The position numbers were made by a program, and so were the translations under genes. A stretch of 40,786 nucleotides of DNA from Candidatus Sericytochromatia bacterium (GTDB lineage: Bacteria > Cyanobacteriota > Sericytochromatia > S15B-MN24 > JAQBPE01): assembly GCA_040400605.1 (NCBI GenBank), contig JBBAPZ010000018.1, positions 23,652-64,437 of the forward strand, read 5' to 3'. The notes below the pieces were generated by a model, which was not told the DNA's origin, searched no databases, and saw only the letters and a program-made list of their open reading frames with translations. Below are positions 1-9,673 of the stretch, piece by piece. Positions within the stretch are counted from its first letter, which is position 1, and each line of letters opens with the position of its first letter.

Positions 1-155
1 GGCGCTTGCCCGGCCACCGGCGCTTGTGCTTGCCCAGCCACTGGTGCTTGCCCGGCCGCCGGCGCTTGTGCTTGCCCAGCCACTGGCGCTTGCCCGGCCA
101 CCGGCGCTTGTGCTTGCCCAGCCACTGGTGCTTGCCCGGCTACCGGCGCTTGTGC
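1..155. repeat. 42-bp tandem repeat, about 3.6 copies (14-aa QAQAPVAGQAPVAG on the - strand)
   Basis: Unit ggcgcttgcccggccaccggcgcttgtgcttgcccagccact at 1-42, 43-84 and 85-126, plus a partial copy from 127; few substitutions. Confidence 0.9.
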
Positions 156-500
156 GGGTGCTTGATGTTGGAGCAAAGCGCGGCGCACATTTTGGTAGGT
201 AGCGATTTCTTGTGGAGTAAACTGTCCGTCAGCCAAGAAATGTTGACTGAGGCGGTCGAGCATTTTCAGCCTTGGCAGATCCAGCTGGATCTGATTCAGA
301 TCCAGCGCGGCGGGTACGGTCGCTTCGCCTGCAATGGGGCCAACCTGATTTTGATCCGCGGCGAAGGTGGCTACCTCGAGCGTTGGCTGCGCTTCATTGG
401 CTGCGGGCGCTGCAGGCGCAGCTTGTGCCACCGGTACCTGTAAAGGATTGGGCAATGCTTGTGTTACGCCCACAGGAAGTGCATTTGCCAGATCCGCCAT
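1..500 (-). CDS. Hypothetical Ala/Pro-rich protein with an 'FLADG' domain and QAPVAG repeats (3'-truncated by the window edge)
   Basis: Manual translation from ATG at 500, with a GAGGAG SD upstream: MADLANALPVGVTQALPNPLQVPVAQAAPAAP...LDLNQIQLDLPRLKMLDRLSQHFLADGQFTPQEIATYQNVRR...QAPVAGQAQAPVAG. Open to position 1, so absent from the ORF track. Paralogous to the ORF at 40479. Confidence 0.85.
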   Translation of the reverse strand, partial: MADLANALPVGVTQALPNPLQVPVAQAAPAAPAANEAQPTLEVATFAADQNQVGPIAGEATVPAALDLNQIQLDLPRLKMLDRLSQHFLADGQFTPQEIATYQNVRRALLQHQAPAQAPVAGQAPVAGQAQAPVAGQAPVAGQAQAPAAGQAPVAGQAQAPVAGQA

Positions 501-542
501 CGTTCGCTCTCCTCAATACGGTTGTCTGTAACCGACAATAGG

Positions 543-587
543 GTTATCTTTTCCCGTTTGAGCGCGCTTGAGTGATTTAATACAAAA
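543..587 (-). promoter_or_regulatory. Putative alternative-sigma promoter / conserved upstream motif
   Basis: Minus strand TTTTGTATTAAATCACTCAA (568-587), then 19 nt, then GATAA. An 18/20 match with the same spacing occurs at 40372-40414. Confidence 0.6.
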
Positions 588-894
588 AAAATAAAGTTCT
601 GATACAAATTAAAGATTGGTTCGCTTGCGTGATGCTCGGCGGCTTGGCGGTCACGTTGCCGCGAATGGATGCCTATTTGAGATGTCATGAATGGGAAAAA
701 ATTTGCGAAACGGTTGCGGTGCTTTGTTTTGAGTGTGTTTCGCCTGCCAACTGAAAACCGCTTGATCCGGGGCATGAATATGGGTCAGGAGCAAGACTGT
801 TACTTGGTCGAGATTTTGCGTGACGAATGGTCGCACGCCTTTTGAATGGGCATCGGAAGTGGCAGATTCAACAGTTTGTATGGCGTCGTTGCCG

Positions 895-1818
895 TTAGGT
901 ACGTTCCAGTGTCGACCAGGCGTGGGCGATCGCCGCAGCGGTGCGTGCATTGTTGAGCACCAGGGCCTTGTTGGCCGCGAGCGATCGCCCCTCACTCCCA
1001 CGATTGATATGGTCCAGCAGAAAAGGCGTCAGGGCCTTTCCGTGTATACCCTGCATCTTTGCAGCGTCCAAAGCGGCTTGAATGACTGTGTCTGCGACAT
1101 CGTGATCCAGCGCGTGCTCAGTCGGGATGGGTACCGCGACGACGGTGCCGTTTTGTAACCCGAGTCTTCGCTGTGCGTTCAGGAGCCTGGCCACCTCGTC
1201 GGGCGAGTCGAGGCGCAAGGGCACGGGACAGTCACTTGCTCGCACATAGAATGCCGGAAATCGATCGCACCCGAGCCCAACGACCGGCACTCCGTGGGTT
1301 TCCAGCACCTCCAAGGTCAGGGCAATGTCAAGGATGCTCTTCACACCCGCGCACACGACCGCCACCGGGGTTCGGGCCAGTTCGAGAAGGTCGGCGGAAA
1401 CATCCATGGTCCGAGATGCCCCACGGTGCACACCACCAATGCCACCGGTTGCAAACACGGCGATTCCAGCTTGATGAGCCAGCACCATGGTGCCTGCGAC
1501 CGTGGTGGAACCGTTGCTTTTTTTGGCCACTGCCCAAGCCAAATCACGGCGGGAGCATTTCATGACGTTTGGCGTCTGCGCCAGTTGGTGCAAGGCTGCT
1601 TCAGACAGCCCAACGGTTGGTTCCCCATTAATGATGGCGATGGTCGCTGGCACCGCGCCTGCGTCACGTACAGCGCTTTCGAGCGCGAGTGCCGTGTCGA
1701 GATTGTGGGGATAAGGCATGCCGTGAGTAATGAGGGTCGATTCAAGCGCAACCACCGGTAACCCGTCGTGTAATGCTTCTTGGACCTCCGCTGCGATCAC
1801 CAGATTGACCGAGCTCAT
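895..1818 (-). CDS. psuG: Pseudouridine-5'-phosphate glycosidase
   Basis: PVVALESTLITHGMPYP, STTVAGTM, VFATGGIGGVHRG, DVSADLLEL, GKALTPFLL motifs. AAGGA SD before ATG 1818. Confidence 0.95.
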   Translation of the reverse strand: MSSVNLVIAAEVQEALHDGLPVVALESTLITHGMPYPHNLDTALALESAVRDAGAVPATIAIINGEPTVGLSEAALHQLAQTPNVMKCSRRDLAWAVAKKSNGSTTVAGTMVLAHQAGIAVFATGGIGGVHRGASRTMDVSADLLELARTPVAVVCAGVKSILDIALTLEVLETHGVPVVGLGCDRFPAFYVRASDCPVPLRLDSPDEVARLLNAQRRLGLQNGTVVAVPIPTEHALDHDVADTVIQAALDAAKMQGIHGKALTPFLLDHINRGSEGRSLAANKALVLNNARTAAAIAHAWSTLERT

Positions 1819-1838
1819 CGCGATGTTCCTTTCAGGAT

Positions 1839-2459
1839 TCAATGTTGCGTGAGGCGCACGTCGTCGCGCCGCCTGGCAATCAGCGCATGCTCTTCCCGTT
1901 GCCTGGCCGCCACCGAACAGCCAATCGGCTCTATGCTCACCACATCGAAATGCGACTCAAACAGGCGCTTGGCATCCTGTGGCGACATCCCGAATGGCGG
2001 GCCACCACCCCGTTGATGGGTGAACAGGATACCAACGATGTGCCCACCCGGCCGAAGTGCCCGCCACGCCGATTCAACATAAGCCCCCCGGTCTCGTGGG
2101 GCGATCGCACACAAACAGGTATGCTCAAACACCCAATCAAACTGCGCATGCCAATCTTCAGGCAGCCGCAACCAGTCGGCCTGCGCCCACTGCACACTGA
2201 CACCCACCTCACGGCCGCTCGCCTGAGCCCGGGCGATCGCCGGCGCAGCAAAATCCATCCCCACAACCTCGAACCCCGCCTGCGCCAAAGCCAACGCATC
2301 ATGACCCCTGCCACAACCTGGCACCACCACACGCCCAGTTCGTTCACCCACTTCACCCAGCCACTGGGTCAGCCACGGCGCAGGCCCCGCCAAATCCCAC
2401 GGCGTATCCGCCGCTTCATAACGACGGGCCCACGCCTCAGCATCCAGATTCCGCTCCAT
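1839..2459 (-). CDS. TPMT/thiol (halide) S-methyltransferase family, SAM-dependent
   Basis: W..RY...TPWDLAGP, VVVPGCGRGHDA, FEHTCLCAI.P, GGPPFG. Start placed at MERNLD, after a GGGGG SD. Confidence 0.85.
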   Translation of the reverse strand: MERNLDAEAWARRYEAADTPWDLAGPAPWLTQWLGEVGERTGRVVVPGCGRGHDALALAQAGFEVVGMDFAAPAIARAQASGREVGVSVQWAQADWLRLPEDWHAQFDWVFEHTCLCAIAPRDRGAYVESAWRALRPGGHIVGILFTHQRGGGPPFGMSPQDAKRLFESHFDVVSIEPIGCSVAARQREEHALIARRRDDVRLTQH

Positions 2460-2825
2460 CGTATCCCCCGGTCGCGTCGTGCGCGACAAATACCCACGCC
2501 ATTCCCACACCAACCCATTCAACCACCTCAAGCCCGCTAACAGCAAAATGCGGCCCCACCTGATCGCGGTTCGAACGTTTGATACTGGAAGATCGTGTCG
2601 TTCCCGGGACATTCCCGCTCCATATTGGGTGTTTTGACACGCACGTTGTGTTCGCTGTTTCACGCGCACGGCGCGGTTGCCAGCGGTCTTTAGTACTTAA
2701 TTAAATGTAAGTTAACGAAAGTTGCTGTCACGAGGCGTCGATAGGTGTGGTGAGGGGCGATGGTACCAAGTGGTCGCTTGTGCATTTGGCGGGGATGACT
2801 TGGTTTTGATTGGGAGAATGATCGC

Positions 2826-3674
2826 ATGCACGTGACGTGGCCGCAGTGGTTGAGCCAGCCTTTTCAGGTGTCGGATGGTGCGCGCAAGCCTGAAGCGGAC
2901 AAAAAGCGCGAGGATGCGACTTTGTTGATTCGGCAGCATTTACGTGATGCATTCACAAGCGGACGGCGCAGTGTGCCCAATCCTGTGATCGAAACCGCTT
3001 GGGCGCGGTTTAAATCATCGCAGATCAGGCTCATGCTTGCATTAGAATACCCAGTGGCCGTAATCGAGCAGTTGAAAAAGCCTGAAAAGCAATCGCTTCC
3101 TGGCTTGTTTAAGAGACAAGCGCCTCCTGATATGACGCGCGCACAGCGCGTTTTGGATCGCTTGCTCGCGGCGGTGCCCGGTACGCCCCGTGCAACAAGC
3201 CTGCAATTGTTTCATTCGTTACGACCCAATGCGTTTGCCGCTGGCGCGGGGCGACTGGGCGTCACGGACGCGTTAATGAGAGCGGTGCGTGATGACGACG
3301 AATTGGCCTTCGTGCTGGCGCATGAACTGGCACATGATCAACATCGGGACAATCCCGGCTTGACCCAAGCAACGCTTGGTGCGCAGGCACTTCTGCCTCG
3401 CCTCATTGGCATGGGGCAAACACCTGAAATGGCGACCAGGATTTTTGAGTCGGAGTTAAACCGGTTGCAGCAGCAAGTCGAACGGGAAGCGGACATCAAG
3501 GCGCTTCAGTTGATGCGCGCTGCGGGTTTTGACCCCCAAGGCGCCGTCAGTCTTTTGAAAACCCTACAAAAAATCGAACAAGGACGGGAAAAACGTTCGG
3601 ATGGCGATCACCCCCCCACAGCCGAGCGCATCAAGGCCATCCAGGCCATCATCAAAAAGACCCCATCGGGATAG
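2826..3674 (+). CDS. M48-family zinc metallopeptidase, no obvious signal peptide
   Basis: PNAFA, DDELAFVLAHELAH (HExxH), EREAD, DHPPTAERI. Confidence 0.88.
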   Translation: MHVTWPQWLSQPFQVSDGARKPEADKKREDATLLIRQHLRDAFTSGRRSVPNPVIETAWARFKSSQIRLMLALEYPVAVIEQLKKPEKQSLPGLFKRQAPPDMTRAQRVLDRLLAAVPGTPRATSLQLFHSLRPNAFAAGAGRLGVTDALMRAVRDDDELAFVLAHELAHDQHRDNPGLTQATLGAQALLPRLIGMGQTPEMATRIFESELNRLQQQVEREADIKALQLMRAAGFDPQGAVSLLKTLQKIEQGREKRSDGDHPPTAERIKAIQAIIKKTPSG

Positions 3675-4376
3675 CCCGCGCGCATAAAAAAGCCCGCGCG
3701 TGACCAGCCAAGCATGATCAATCGGCGATTGGCTGCAACTGCCGGGCGACCGCATTGTTGCGATGAACCGGATTGGAATCCTGCTGATCAAACCTGTGTC
3801 GATCACCCGACTTTTGAATCGAAATTTCTCGATACTTGCTGCCTGCTCACGTCAGGCGGACCAATCAATACCAAAGTCCCTCGCCGCACCGAAACGCATT
3901 GATTGGTGATCGGATTTTGGATTGATTGGCTGCCATAGAATGTCAGGGCTTGCTGTTTCACTCTTGCGCTCAAGCAGAAGCTGCTTTTGATCCTTGAGAT
4001 AACGCACTTCATGCTGGAGTGAGATCAACACCGCATGATCACGACTGACGATTTCTGGCACGGTGGCATTGTCGTACCGCCACACAGCTCATGTTACACG
4101 GTTCGAACAGGCCTTATTTGCTCGATGATGACACAACAGAGATGAGTGTGAGCAGTGAGACCGCTTGGGGTCACGACGGGGACCCGGTCTGCGAAATCAC
4201 GCGTGATGAGAACACAATACGGGTCGTCGAGACACCACCTGTGTCGAACGCCACGCTGATCCCGTGACGGATCCGCGCAACCAAGTAAACGTCCGTTTTG
4301 GCTAAAACAGCGTTCCTTTATGCTTCCTGCTTCACTCTCATCAAGAAAAAAACATCATTTTATATCTAAAACTTAA

Positions 4377-4403
4377 GCAACTTTTAAGATAAGTCGCCGA
4401 TAA
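4377..4403 (+). promoter_or_regulatory. Sigma-28 (FliA/SigD)-like promoter
   Basis: Perfect -10 GCCGATAA at 4396-4403, with GCAA 15 nt upstream in an AT-rich tract, ahead of the 4459 gene. Confidence 0.5.
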
Positions 4404-4458
4404 ACGTTCTATCGGGGTTTGGGTGTGAACAACGATGTGAACAGTTGAGGTGTACACG

Positions 4459-4866
4459 ATGTCAGGTTTATCGCGTGTTCCGTTGGGTTCGTCCGCAAGC
4501 ATCGCGCGGCTTCAATCGCAGTCTATCCGACCGATTAACCCGGTGGTGACGCCACCGTCCACTTATGATCCTTATCCAAGTTATCCGAGTTATCCGAGTC
4601 AACCCTATTCGCCCGGTTATCCACCCAGTTATCCACCCAGTTATGGCGGTTCGCCATGGCGGTTCAATTTTTGGCGTGGGGTTGAGTTAACCGGCAGGGG
4701 CTTGCTTGAAACATTGGGTGCGACGGGAGAGTTGCTGTGGCGCGTGGCGGGTGTTGCGCTGCGGGGGCTTGGTGCGGTGTTTTCGGGGTTGTGGCGGGGC
4801 GTGCAGGCAATTTTCGATCCGGGATACCAACCCAATCGTCCTTATCCTGGTCAGCGGCCGTATTGA
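4459..4866 (+). CDS. Hypothetical Pro/Tyr/Ser-rich protein with a C-terminal amphipathic helix
   Basis: GAGGTG SD then ATG 4459. YPS/YPPS repeats (9- and 12-bp DNA repeats), then GLLETLGATGELLWRVAGVALRGLGAVFSGLWRGVQAIF. Confidence 0.7.
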   Translation: MSGLSRVPLGSSASIARLQSQSIRPINPVVTPPSTYDPYPSYPSYPSQPYSPGYPPSYPPSYGGSPWRFNFWRGVELTGRGLLETLGATGELLWRVAGVALRGLGAVFSGLWRGVQAIFDPGYQPNRPYPGQRPY

Positions 4867-4934
4867 TGGGTGATGCGTAACACGTCGTGATTGGGGCTGA
4901 TGGGTGAATGTGTACGATGATTGGACCGCTTGGG

Positions 4935-5393
4935 TCAAGTTGTGTGTGCATCCACCCACTCGGATTCGATGTAGCGCATCTCGTGATTGAAATTGGTTTG
5001 ATGTGATGTCAGCAATTCGGGGGCGATCGCAGGATAAAGGGTGATTTCCGGCAAGCGCGACATGTCGATCCAAGTCACCTCACCAATGATGTCGTTTTCA
5101 GGCACGTTAATTGTCCCCCCAAGGACACGTCCGAGGACGTAAATGTTCAGGATGTGACGGGATGCGTCCGGGGCAATCGACTCCGACAGGTACAAAAACT
5201 GAACCACGTCGATTTGCAGACCGGTTTCTTCCGCAATTTCACGCCTGGCGCAGGCGTGAATGCTTTCGCCAAAGTCCAGTCCGCCGCCTGGTAAGAGCCA
5301 GTAGCGCTGATCACCTTTGCGGTGTTGCACCAGCAAAATTTTGTCGCCTTCAATGAGGACCACAGCAACACGCGTACGGGGCCTTCTCGTCAT
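4935..5393 (-). CDS. Nudix hydrolase
   Basis: Nudix box GGGLDFGESIHACARREIAEETGL. ATGA overlap with the upstream gene. Confidence 0.92.
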   Translation of the reverse strand: MTRRPRTRVAVVLIEGDKILLVQHRKGDQRYWLLPGGGLDFGESIHACARREIAEETGLQIDVVQFLYLSESIAPDASRHILNIYVLGRVLGGTINVPENDIIGEVTWIDMSRLPEITLYPAIAPELLTSHQTNFNHEMRYIESEWVDAHTT

Positions 5394-6727
5394 GAAACCA
5401 GTTCTTTCATGGCACGGAGGCGCACGAGCGCCTGTGCAACGCCGATACGGCAGTGTTGGTAATTGAGTCCGCCTTGCAAATAGGCCACGTAAGGCTCGCG
5501 CAATGGCCCATCCGCGGACAACTCGATGGTTGAGCCTTCGATAAACGTGCCGCCTGCCATGACGACTGCGTCATCATATCCGGGCACCACGTCAGGGATT
5601 GGGGTGACATAGGCATTGATGGGCGAGCTGGCTTGAATGCCCTCACAAAAAGCGATCAGCGCTTCAGGGGCGCCGAAGCGAATGGCCTGAATGATATCGG
5701 TACGGGCTTCATGCCAGCGTGGCGATACCATGAGACCAAGCTTGCTCTCGAACAGATAAGCAGCCAGTATGGCGCCTTTGAGCGCCTCGGCAACGACATG
5801 CGGGGCACAAAACAAACCCTGGAAAAGCAAGCGGTTGGCATCGAGGCTAGCACCGCCCGCGCGACCAATCCCTGGCGCGTTGAAGCGGCAGGCGGCACGG
5901 TGTACCAAGTCGGCGCGGCCTGCCACATAGCCACCGGACGGGACAATGCCGCCACCTGGATTTTTGATGAGTGAACCAGCGATGAGGTCGGCACCCACTT
6001 CGAGCGGTTCACGCGTTTCGGTGAACTCGCCGTAGCAATTGTCAACAAAGATGATCAAATCTGGCTTGATGGCGCGCAGACGAGCGATAATGCCCGCCAT
6101 CTCGTCAATGCCAATCGATGGCCGCCACGCATAGCCGCGGGAACGTTGAATGGCCGCCACGCGCGTTTGGGGACCGATCGCACCCGCAAGACCCTCGATG
6201 TCAACACGGCCATCCAGCAAGAGCGGATGCTCGCGGTAACCAACCCCCCACTCCGCCAAAGAACCCTGATTGGACCCGCGTAAACCAATGACTTCTTCGA
6301 GCGTATCATAGGGATGCCCGCTGACTGCAAGCAATTCATCGCCCGGCCGCAAGGCGCCAAACAGCGCGGTGGCGATCGCATGCGTGCCGCTTGCAAACTG
6401 TCCCCGCACCAGTGCTGCCTCTGCCTTGAAAATGCGCGCAAAAACCGCTTCGAGACATCCCCGTCCCAAATCATCATGACCATAACCGGTCGTGCCCGCA
6501 AAATGATGATCGCCAACACGTTCCTGCTGAAATGCCGCCAGCACCTTCTGCGTGTTCACCAACGCCAGCTCATCCACGGCACGAAACGTTTCCGCCAGTA
6601 AGGACTCGGCTTCGGTCATCCATTGCTCATCCGCAGGCCCAACACGCAACAGGTACGACGACCCCTCAGACATCACGCTCACCGTTCCTTCGCCTCCCCT
6701 TGGTTCATCTTCCCCTCCGAGCCGCAC
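5390..6727 (-). CDS. ynbB: Methionine gamma-lyase family PLP enzyme (YnbB/aluminium-resistance type); true start probably near 6673-6682
   Basis: TTGYGHDDLGR, SGTHAI, QRSRGY, FVDNCYGEF, AGSLIKNPGGG, MAGGTFIEGSTIELSADGP. Downstream of hflX, as in the known hflX(ynbA)-ynbB operon. Confidence 0.9.
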   Translation of the reverse strand: MRLGGEDEPRGGEGTVSVMSEGSSYLLRVGPADEQWMTEAESLLAETFRAVDELALVNTQKVLAAFQQERVGDHHFAGTTGYGHDDLGRGCLEAVFARIFKAEAALVRGQFASGTHAIATALFGALRPGDELLAVSGHPYDTLEEVIGLRGSNQGSLAEWGVGYREHPLLLDGRVDIEGLAGAIGPQTRVAAIQRSRGYAWRPSIGIDEMAGIIARLRAIKPDLIIFVDNCYGEFTETREPLEVGADLIAGSLIKNPGGGIVPSGGYVAGRADLVHRAACRFNAPGIGRAGGASLDANRLLFQGLFCAPHVVAEALKGAILAAYLFESKLGLMVSPRWHEARTDIIQAIRFGAPEALIAFCEGIQASSPINAYVTPIPDVVPGYDDAVVMAGGTFIEGSTIELSADGPLREPYVAYLQGGLNYQHCRIGVAQALVRLRAMKELVS

Positions 6728-6739
6728 AATCCTTGCCGG

Positions 6740-8479
6740 TCATCCTTCGCGCCCTGCGGAGGTGGTTTGGCCCAAGCGGGCCAACTGGTTTTCAATCACG
6801 GTCAACAACTCGGGTAAACCGTCGCCACTCAGTGCGGAAATTGCAACCGGCGCGTGGACGATCGCTTCGATTGCCTGCAGCTGCCCAGCATCCTCCAGCG
6901 CATCGACCTTGTTGAGCACCGTCAACATGGGCTTCTCCCCTGCTCCCAACTCGGCAAGCACTTCCAAGACCGCATTGAGATGCTCCATCGCATTGGGATG
7001 ACTCGCATCCAAAACATGCAGCAACAAGTCGGCCTCGTTGACTTCTTCCAGGGTGGCACGAAACGCGGCAATCAAATGTGTCGGTAAACGCTGGATGAAA
7101 CCCACCGTATCCGTGAGCAGGACATCCGCGCCACCCGGAAGGTGCAGTTTGCGGGTGATCGGATCCAACGTCGCAAACAACTTGTCTTCCGCCAGTACCT
7201 CTGAACGGGTCAGTTTATTCAACAAGGTTGACTTCCCGGCATTGGTGTAGCCAACCAACGCGATCTGAGGCGTCCCCGAACGCCGGCGGCCCTGTCGCTG
7301 CGTGCCACGGTGCTTTTTGATCAGCGCCACTTCATTCTCAAGATGCGCAATACGGGTGTAAATGCGCCGCCGATCCGTTTCGAGTTTCGTCTCCCCAGGC
7401 CCCCGGGTGCCAATCCCACCCCCCAGACGACTCATCGCAACACCAACCCCCCGCAGACGCGGCAGCAGATACTTCAACTGCGCGAGCTCAACTTGCAATT
7501 TGCCCTCGCGCGTTTGTGCACGCTGCGCGAAAATGTCCAGAATGAGCGCTGTGCGATCAACCACCTTGAGCCCGAACGCCTCTTCAAGTTTGCGTTGCTG
7601 CGACGGCGACAGTTCCGCATCAACCATGACCGACGTCGCATTCAACTCGCGGCTGCGTAAGGCCAATTCAGCCACCTTGCCTTTGCCAATATGCGTCGCT
7701 GGATCGGGGTTGGCACGCTTTTGCAGACTGGCATCCAAGACCTGTGCGCCGGCAGTTTCGGCCAGACGCGCCAACTCGGCCAGTGATTCACGCGCTTCCG
7801 AATCGCCCCAGTCCGGGGTCTGCACCCCAACAAGGATGGCCCGTTCGCCCTGCGTATCCACCTCGCGGGCCGAGGCGATCGCTGCAAACTCCTGCTCCAA
7901 CTCCTGCAAAAGTGTCGCAAAATCAAACACCTGCGCCTGCTTGAGGGGCATGGGTGTCAGTACGCGCCACAGATTGCCTTCTGCATCCGCCTCCGGCGCC
8001 ATGTGCGCCACGTAAATCTCTGCCTCGGACAAACGCGGACGGTCCGTGGCGATCGCAACCATGCAATCCAATCGGTTCATCACCAACGCGACCAGATCCG
8101 GGCGTGACAACCCCCCACCCCCCGGGTGAGCGATTACCGCACGCCAACCCGACAATCGCGCCGCAGCCTCACGTTTTTTCAAGGGTGGCAGCGGCAAATG
8201 CGACCCCTCCCCGACCACCACGTGGGTCACATGCCCCGCGCGATCCAGCAAGACGGCCAACGGACGCATGACCGCCCACGCAGCCGCGACCAGTTGCTCC
8301 GCCAGTTCATAACTGAAAAGCTGTCCCCCCGTCACGCGACGACGGTACAAACGGCTAAGCTGTGCCGTTTGACTCGATTTGAGACCGTTCAAATTGCCGA
8401 TGAGCTTGCTGATGGTAACCTCACCCTCTTGATCCAACGCCGCGATCCATCTATCACCAGTATACGGCAAGCCGGCCAA
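6740..8479 (-). CDS. hflX: Ribosome-splitting GTPase HflX, long N-terminally extended form (probable real start ATC at 8413)
   Basis: LILDIFAQRA, GGIGTRGPGETKLE, GYTNAGKS, DKLFATLD, DTVGF, NKVD. N-terminal GNLNGLKSSQ extension. Confidence 0.95.
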   Translation of the reverse strand: MAGLPYTGDRWIAALDQEGEVTISKLIGNLNGLKSSQTAQLSRLYRRRVTGGQLFSYELAEQLVAAAWAVMRPLAVLLDRAGHVTHVVVGEGSHLPLPPLKKREAAARLSGWRAVIAHPGGGGLSRPDLVALVMNRLDCMVAIATDRPRLSEAEIYVAHMAPEADAEGNLWRVLTPMPLKQAQVFDFATLLQELEQEFAAIASAREVDTQGERAILVGVQTPDWGDSEARESLAELARLAETAGAQVLDASLQKRANPDPATHIGKGKVAELALRSRELNATSVMVDAELSPSQQRKLEEAFGLKVVDRTALILDIFAQRAQTREGKLQVELAQLKYLLPRLRGVGVAMSRLGGGIGTRGPGETKLETDRRRIYTRIAHLENEVALIKKHRGTQRQGRRRSGTPQIALVGYTNAGKSTLLNKLTRSEVLAEDKLFATLDPITRKLHLPGGADVLLTDTVGFIQRLPTHLIAAFRATLEEVNEADLLLHVLDASHPNAMEHLNAVLEVLAELGAGEKPMLTVLNKVDALEDAGQLQAIEAIVHAPVAISALSGDGLPELLTVIENQLARLGQTTSAGREG

Positions 8480-8487
8480 GCAACGCT

Positions 8488-9462
8488 TCAGTATACTCGC
8501 CCGATATCCTCAAACACCTCGTCGATCCAAACCGCGGCCTCCATCCGCGTGAGCGCCGCGTTCGGTTTCCACGGACCAGCTTTGATCGGGATATCGAAAG
8601 TCTGCGACACGGCAGTTGAATACTTTGCCTGGCACAGCAACCAATAAACGTCCTGCCCGTGCCGAGGGGCGATCGCCCCTGCATCATTAAACGAAAACCC
8701 CATCATGACACCCGCTAACTGCTGCGCTTGCGGCCCCTTTTCATTTTCACGCGCCGCAACCGGCTGCAAAACCATCCGACTGAGCGTCGCCCATTCTTCA
8801 CGACGCACTACCGCATCGGGACGACAGACACGATCCGACAGGAGCCGGTTTCCCTTCAACGTTGCCAACACCTCAAACGCCCAGTGCTCAGGACCCACAT
8901 CATCGAACATATCCGGCGTCCCCGAAACAACCGTCGGTGCATTTTTTACCGGCACGAACGGATCCTCACCACGCTCCGTTTGTGCAAGCCACGCATTGTA
9001 CAACCAGGTCACATACTCAGCCCGCGTCACTGGCTCCGCACCGTGAAACGCACCATCGCCAAACACCGTCAAAACACCCTTGGCACATAAACGTTCAACA
9101 GACTCCCGGCGCGCGATGCCCGCCAAATCCAAAGCCGTTTTGCGATAAATCTGATCCGGCGCCATTACAACCAAACCTTTGCGCGCCGGGGTTTCCGAAT
9201 CGTATGCCATCTGCACCGTCAACCGCGCCGCCTCACCGGCACGAGACCCCGGGACCGCCGGAGGAAACCAGCGCTCCCACATGTAAGCGCTGAACCACGC
9301 CGTGGCACCCGCCAACAAAAGCACCGTGAACGCGGCAACCACATACGCTGCGCGACTCTGCCGCTTCGTGCGCCGCTTTTTACCACCCCCACGCCGCGGC
9401 CCACGGGGCGCGTTCCCAAGCGGCGTGGATGGGGTTCGGGCGGGAAGAGGCTTCGACGTCAT
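8488..9462 (-). CDS. Membrane-anchored S-layer homology (SLH) domain protein
   Basis: Basic N-terminus plus one TM helix. SLH-like motifs GDGAFHGAEPVTRAEY, FDDVGPEHWA, CRPDAVVRREE, WKPNAALTRMEAA. Confidence 0.75.
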   Translation of the reverse strand: MTSKPLPARTPSTPLGNAPRGPRRGGGKKRRTKRQSRAAYVVAAFTVLLLAGATAWFSAYMWERWFPPAVPGSRAGEAARLTVQMAYDSETPARKGLVVMAPDQIYRKTALDLAGIARRESVERLCAKGVLTVFGDGAFHGAEPVTRAEYVTWLYNAWLAQTERGEDPFVPVKNAPTVVSGTPDMFDDVGPEHWAFEVLATLKGNRLLSDRVCRPDAVVRREEWATLSRMVLQPVAARENEKGPQAQQLAGVMMGFSFNDAGAIAPRHGQDVYWLLCQAKYSTAVSQTFDIPIKAGPWKPNAALTRMEAAVWIDEVFEDIGRVY

Positions 9463-9673
9463 GGACCCATTTTAACCGCTCCCACCCATGCCCGCCACCC
9501 CGGTCACAACACAAGTCTTGAACAGCAACCAATGCGTCACCCCGGTTGTCTGAACCGTGTCTGATGGTTTCGGGCTCCAGGCTGCTGTCAAAGATGCAAG
9601 CCGCTCGGGTATAATCCAACGGCCCTTTTTTAATCCCTGACCTCAGACGTGTGACAAGTGAGAGACTCTGACC

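Noticed and set aside
1..155. Repeats as a CRISPR array, or as the + strand 145-aa ORF (6..443)
   Set aside because: Units are contiguous with no unique spacers and are a multiple of 3. The - strand frame has an SD and a paralog, so the + ORF is a shadow.
276..293. 18-bp perfect palindrome CAGATCCAGCTGGATCTG
   Set aside because: Lies inside coding sequence, occurs once and is not conserved in the paralog.
3675..4350. Long intergenic region with short ORFs and an AGCCCGCGCG direct repeat
   Set aside because: No recognisable protein or RNA motif. An ncRNA cannot be excluded but is unsupported.
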